NCBI GenBank assembly: GCA_021613535.1
Contig: CP075492.1
Location: forward strand, 7,874,001 to 7,938,000
From: Adineta vaga
Lineage: Eukaryota > Animalia > Rotifera
Reading direction: 5' to 3'
Length of the DNA: 64,000 bases
Shown here: positions 61,113 to 64,000 of the stretch, one piece after another
Layout of the letters: the number at the start of each line of letters is the position of its first letter
Numbering within the stretch: position 1 is the first letter of the stretch
Translations under genes and position numbers: made by a program
The notes under the pieces: model-generated
Told to the model about the DNA's origin: nothing
Databases searched by the model: none
What the model saw: the letters and a program-made list of their open reading frames with translations, nothing else

Positions 61113-61756
61113 ATCTATCAACGTTATAGAAAAACTGTTGGATCTTATTTTATATTTCAATATTGAGTAAAAGTATGTTTTTTCTTTATTTTCTGTTAGG
61201 TAATTCGAGACAATCGAGTAATGGCCTTTATTTTAAATAGACAAAAGCAAATGATATTTCTGATAATAAGAGAAAAAAAGTCGAAGAAAGGATCAGAACA
61301 ATAATTTTCTGCTCTAACTTTAATCTTTCAACAAACTGTCTTCAATTAAATGATTCTTTTCAAAGATCATCATTTTAATTGAATAAAATAGTTTATTTCT
61401 TTGAAGATTTGTTAGATAGATATTTCCATCAATCACATCATACTAAAGGATCGTTTGTTCAGTGTTGATAAATAATTCTATCCTTGAATGAATGTGATGT
61501 TTTGTCAGATCCTTCGTAAGTTAAATTCACATGTTGTCAAACAAACAAAAACCATGTGTGCATCATCTGGATAGTTAGCTCGTGACCTCTACAGTTATTT
61601 TCATCATCATTCTTTCGATTGGTTCGAGAAAACAATCATAAGAATGCAAAAATGGCTACTTCGCTTCTCAACAACATGATGATTTACATTTTCCAAGCAA
61701 TATTATAGTATAACATCATTTCGGCAAAGTACAAAACAACAGTTTTTTCAGTTTCA

Positions 61757-63408
61757 ATGACATTATATCGTTTTTATAATTGTACATTAATACGTAATCA
61801 TGCTTTAGTACTCGATGACCTTTGGATTCGTCATGGTAAAATTGTTAGTCCGGAAAAAATCTTTTTTGAAGAAAAAATTCAAGCTGATATTGAATACGAT
61901 TGTCGAGGAATATTGATTGCACCTGGTTATATTGATTTACAAATTAATGGTGCATTTGGTCATGATTTTACTTCTCCGAACGAAGCAAGTGAAGAAATGC
62001 TTGTAACTGTCGCACGAAAACTAACATCACATGGTGTTACTGCATTTGTACCAACTGTCGTCAGTTCAAAAGCGGAAACATATAAAGCAGTTTTACCTAA
62101 ATATAAACGACGAGCTGGATCAGCAAAAGATGGAGCGACTATTCTTGGTTTGAACGAAAGTTTTATTTGTGTAAAATTCTATCTTGTCATTTCTTTAGGT
62201 ATTCACATTGAAGGTCCATTTATTGATGAAAAAAAACGTGGTGCTCATCGAACAGATTTTCTTCTTCAAACTCCACATGGAATGGAAGATTTATATGCAT
62301 GTTATGGTTCATTCGATAATATTTCGATCATAACTGTTGCACCAGAAATTCCTAATATGATTGACAATGTTATACCGGAATTAGTAGAAAAACATGGCAT
62401 TGTTGTTTCCGTTGGTCATTCTATAGCTTCATTAGATATCGGTGAACGAGCTGTTTGTGCCGGTGCGAGATTTATAACTCATCTTTTCAATGCAATGCTT
62501 CCCTTTCATCATCGTGATCCAGGTCTTGTTGGTAAGATCCGAAATCCTCTATTTGAATATAAACTAATTTTTCTTACGAAAAGGTCTTTTAACAAGTCAT
62601 CGTCTTCCAGCGACAACAATTATTCATTATGGTTTAATTGCCGATGGTATTCATACACATTCAGCTGCTGTACGTCTTGCTCATCGTGTACATCCTCAAG
62701 GTCTTGTTCTTGTAACTGATGCAGTACCAGCATTAGGACTACCAGATGGAACATATCATATGGGTGCTGATCAAATTATTGTAGAAAATAAACGTGCAAC
62801 TATCGCTGGTACACAAACATTATGTGGTAGTATTGCATCATTAGCAGAATGTGTTCAAAATATGCGACAAGCTTTACTTGATGGAGAAACAAACAAAAAT
62901 GTTGAAGAAAAAAATGAGAAACAATTCATTGTCGAATGTATTGAAGCAGCAACTCTTCATCCAGCTTCAGGTAAATTTTCAATTAAAAATACGTCTTCAA
63001 ACATATTATGTTTCGGCATCAAGCGGAACGAGAAAAAAAACCGTTTGTTTACTGTTTAACTTTCGGTTGAACTCGAGAAAGTACAAAGAAAATTTTTTCA
63101 TCATATAAGAGGAAATCGGTAGAGTAGTATCCGGCTTCTCAACTGTATACATTGACGGTGATCAGCATTAATAGCCGGAAATTTTTGTAGTCTATCATAA
63201 CATCTAGCAAATTAAGTTAATGATTTATATTTTAGTACTTCATATCGAAAATCAAAAAGGTACATTATCATTCGGCGCCGATGCGGATTTTATTTTTCTT
63301 GATAATAAACTTAATGTTTTATCGACATTTATCGCTGGTGAACAAGCATGGTCAGTCAATGATCAATGGTCAATTAGCAATCTTCATACAAATAAATTCA
63401 GTCAATAA
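61757..63408 (+). CDS. AMDHD2: N-acetylglucosamine-6-phosphate deacetylase, 4 exons
   Basis: [32 protein letters not shown]-like ITVAPE, GHS, THLFNAM, ADGIH, VTDA, ATLHPA and GADADFI. Confidence 0.95.
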
Positions 63409-63601
63409 ATTTCAGTTTTTGTTTTAAATTTTTCTGTGATATACCTTAATGTATTATCTTACTTTTAATCTCAGGGAACTCGATTGATTTAGAAATTTTT
63501 AGAGAAGATATCTATTGATTTATTTTGTTTTTGATTAGTAATTTTATTAAGACAATAATACAACGATTATTTTTTTGTTTTAGATAAAAAGAAAAAAGAT
63601 C

Positions 63602-64000
63602 ATGCCACTGGGACCAAAGATTTATTTAAAACGACGAGAAACATTCTCTGCTGCTCACCGTTTACATTCCATAAATTTATCTGAGAATGAAAATATTCAA
63701 TTGTATAGTAAATGTAATAATCCAAATGGACACGGTCATAATTATATACTTGAAGTTACTGTTGCTGGTTATATTAATCCAATAACAGGCATGGTCATGA
63801 ATATAACTGATCTAAAAAACTTGATTCAAACTCAAGTATTAGATCTAGTCGACCATAAACATCTTGATTTAGATGTAGAACATTTTCGAACGAAAAATCT
63901 AGTCAGTACAACAGAGAACTTGGCTGTCTTTGTTTGGGAACAGTTAGTTTCTAAGATTGAACAATTTAGTCAGAATAATAATGTTCAATTGTATGAAATA
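63602..64000 (+). CDS. PTS: 6-pyruvoyl-tetrahydropterin synthase, 3'-incomplete at the window end (absent from the ORF track)
   Basis: MPLGPKIYLKRRETFSAAHRLHS, KCNNPNGHGHNY, GMVMNITDLK, DHKHLDLDV and STTENLAVFVW. Confidence 0.95.
   Translation, partial: MPLGPKIYLKRRETFSAAHRLHSINLSENENIQLYSKCNNPNGHGHNYILEVTVAGYINPITGMVMNITDLKNLIQTQVLDLVDHKHLDLDVEHFRTKNLVSTTENLAVFVWEQLVSKIEQFSQNNNVQLYEI

Overview
This is AT-rich eukaryotic (animal) genomic DNA with dense genes and very short (about 45-65 nt) GT-AG introns. The style and gene families suggest a bdelloid rotifer (inference). The ORF track mostly shows exon fragments, so I rebuilt the gene models by hand. In order: ACAP/centaurin-beta (5' part, -), chitin synthase with a vestigial myosin converter/IQ segment (-), Rab8 (-), TBP (+), an RGG + TROVE-like + vWA protein (Ro60-like architecture, +), a probably 5'-truncated polycystin-1-like gene (+), a nuclear receptor with an atypical P-box (+), an adhesion GPCR (+), GAS2-like (-), Rap1GAP (-), HID1 (-), a Ly6/uPAR GPI protein (+), SMEK/PP4R3 (+), a small orphan single-TM protein (-), NagA/AMDHD2 (+) and PTS (+, runs off the window end). 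The two most interesting candidates are (1) the uncharacterised RGG-TROVE-vWA protein, whose ATG appears split by an intron, and (2) the motor-less myosin-chitin synthase with furin-type sites in inserted loops. No prokaryotic features, CRISPR arrays, rRNA or tRNA genes were recognised.
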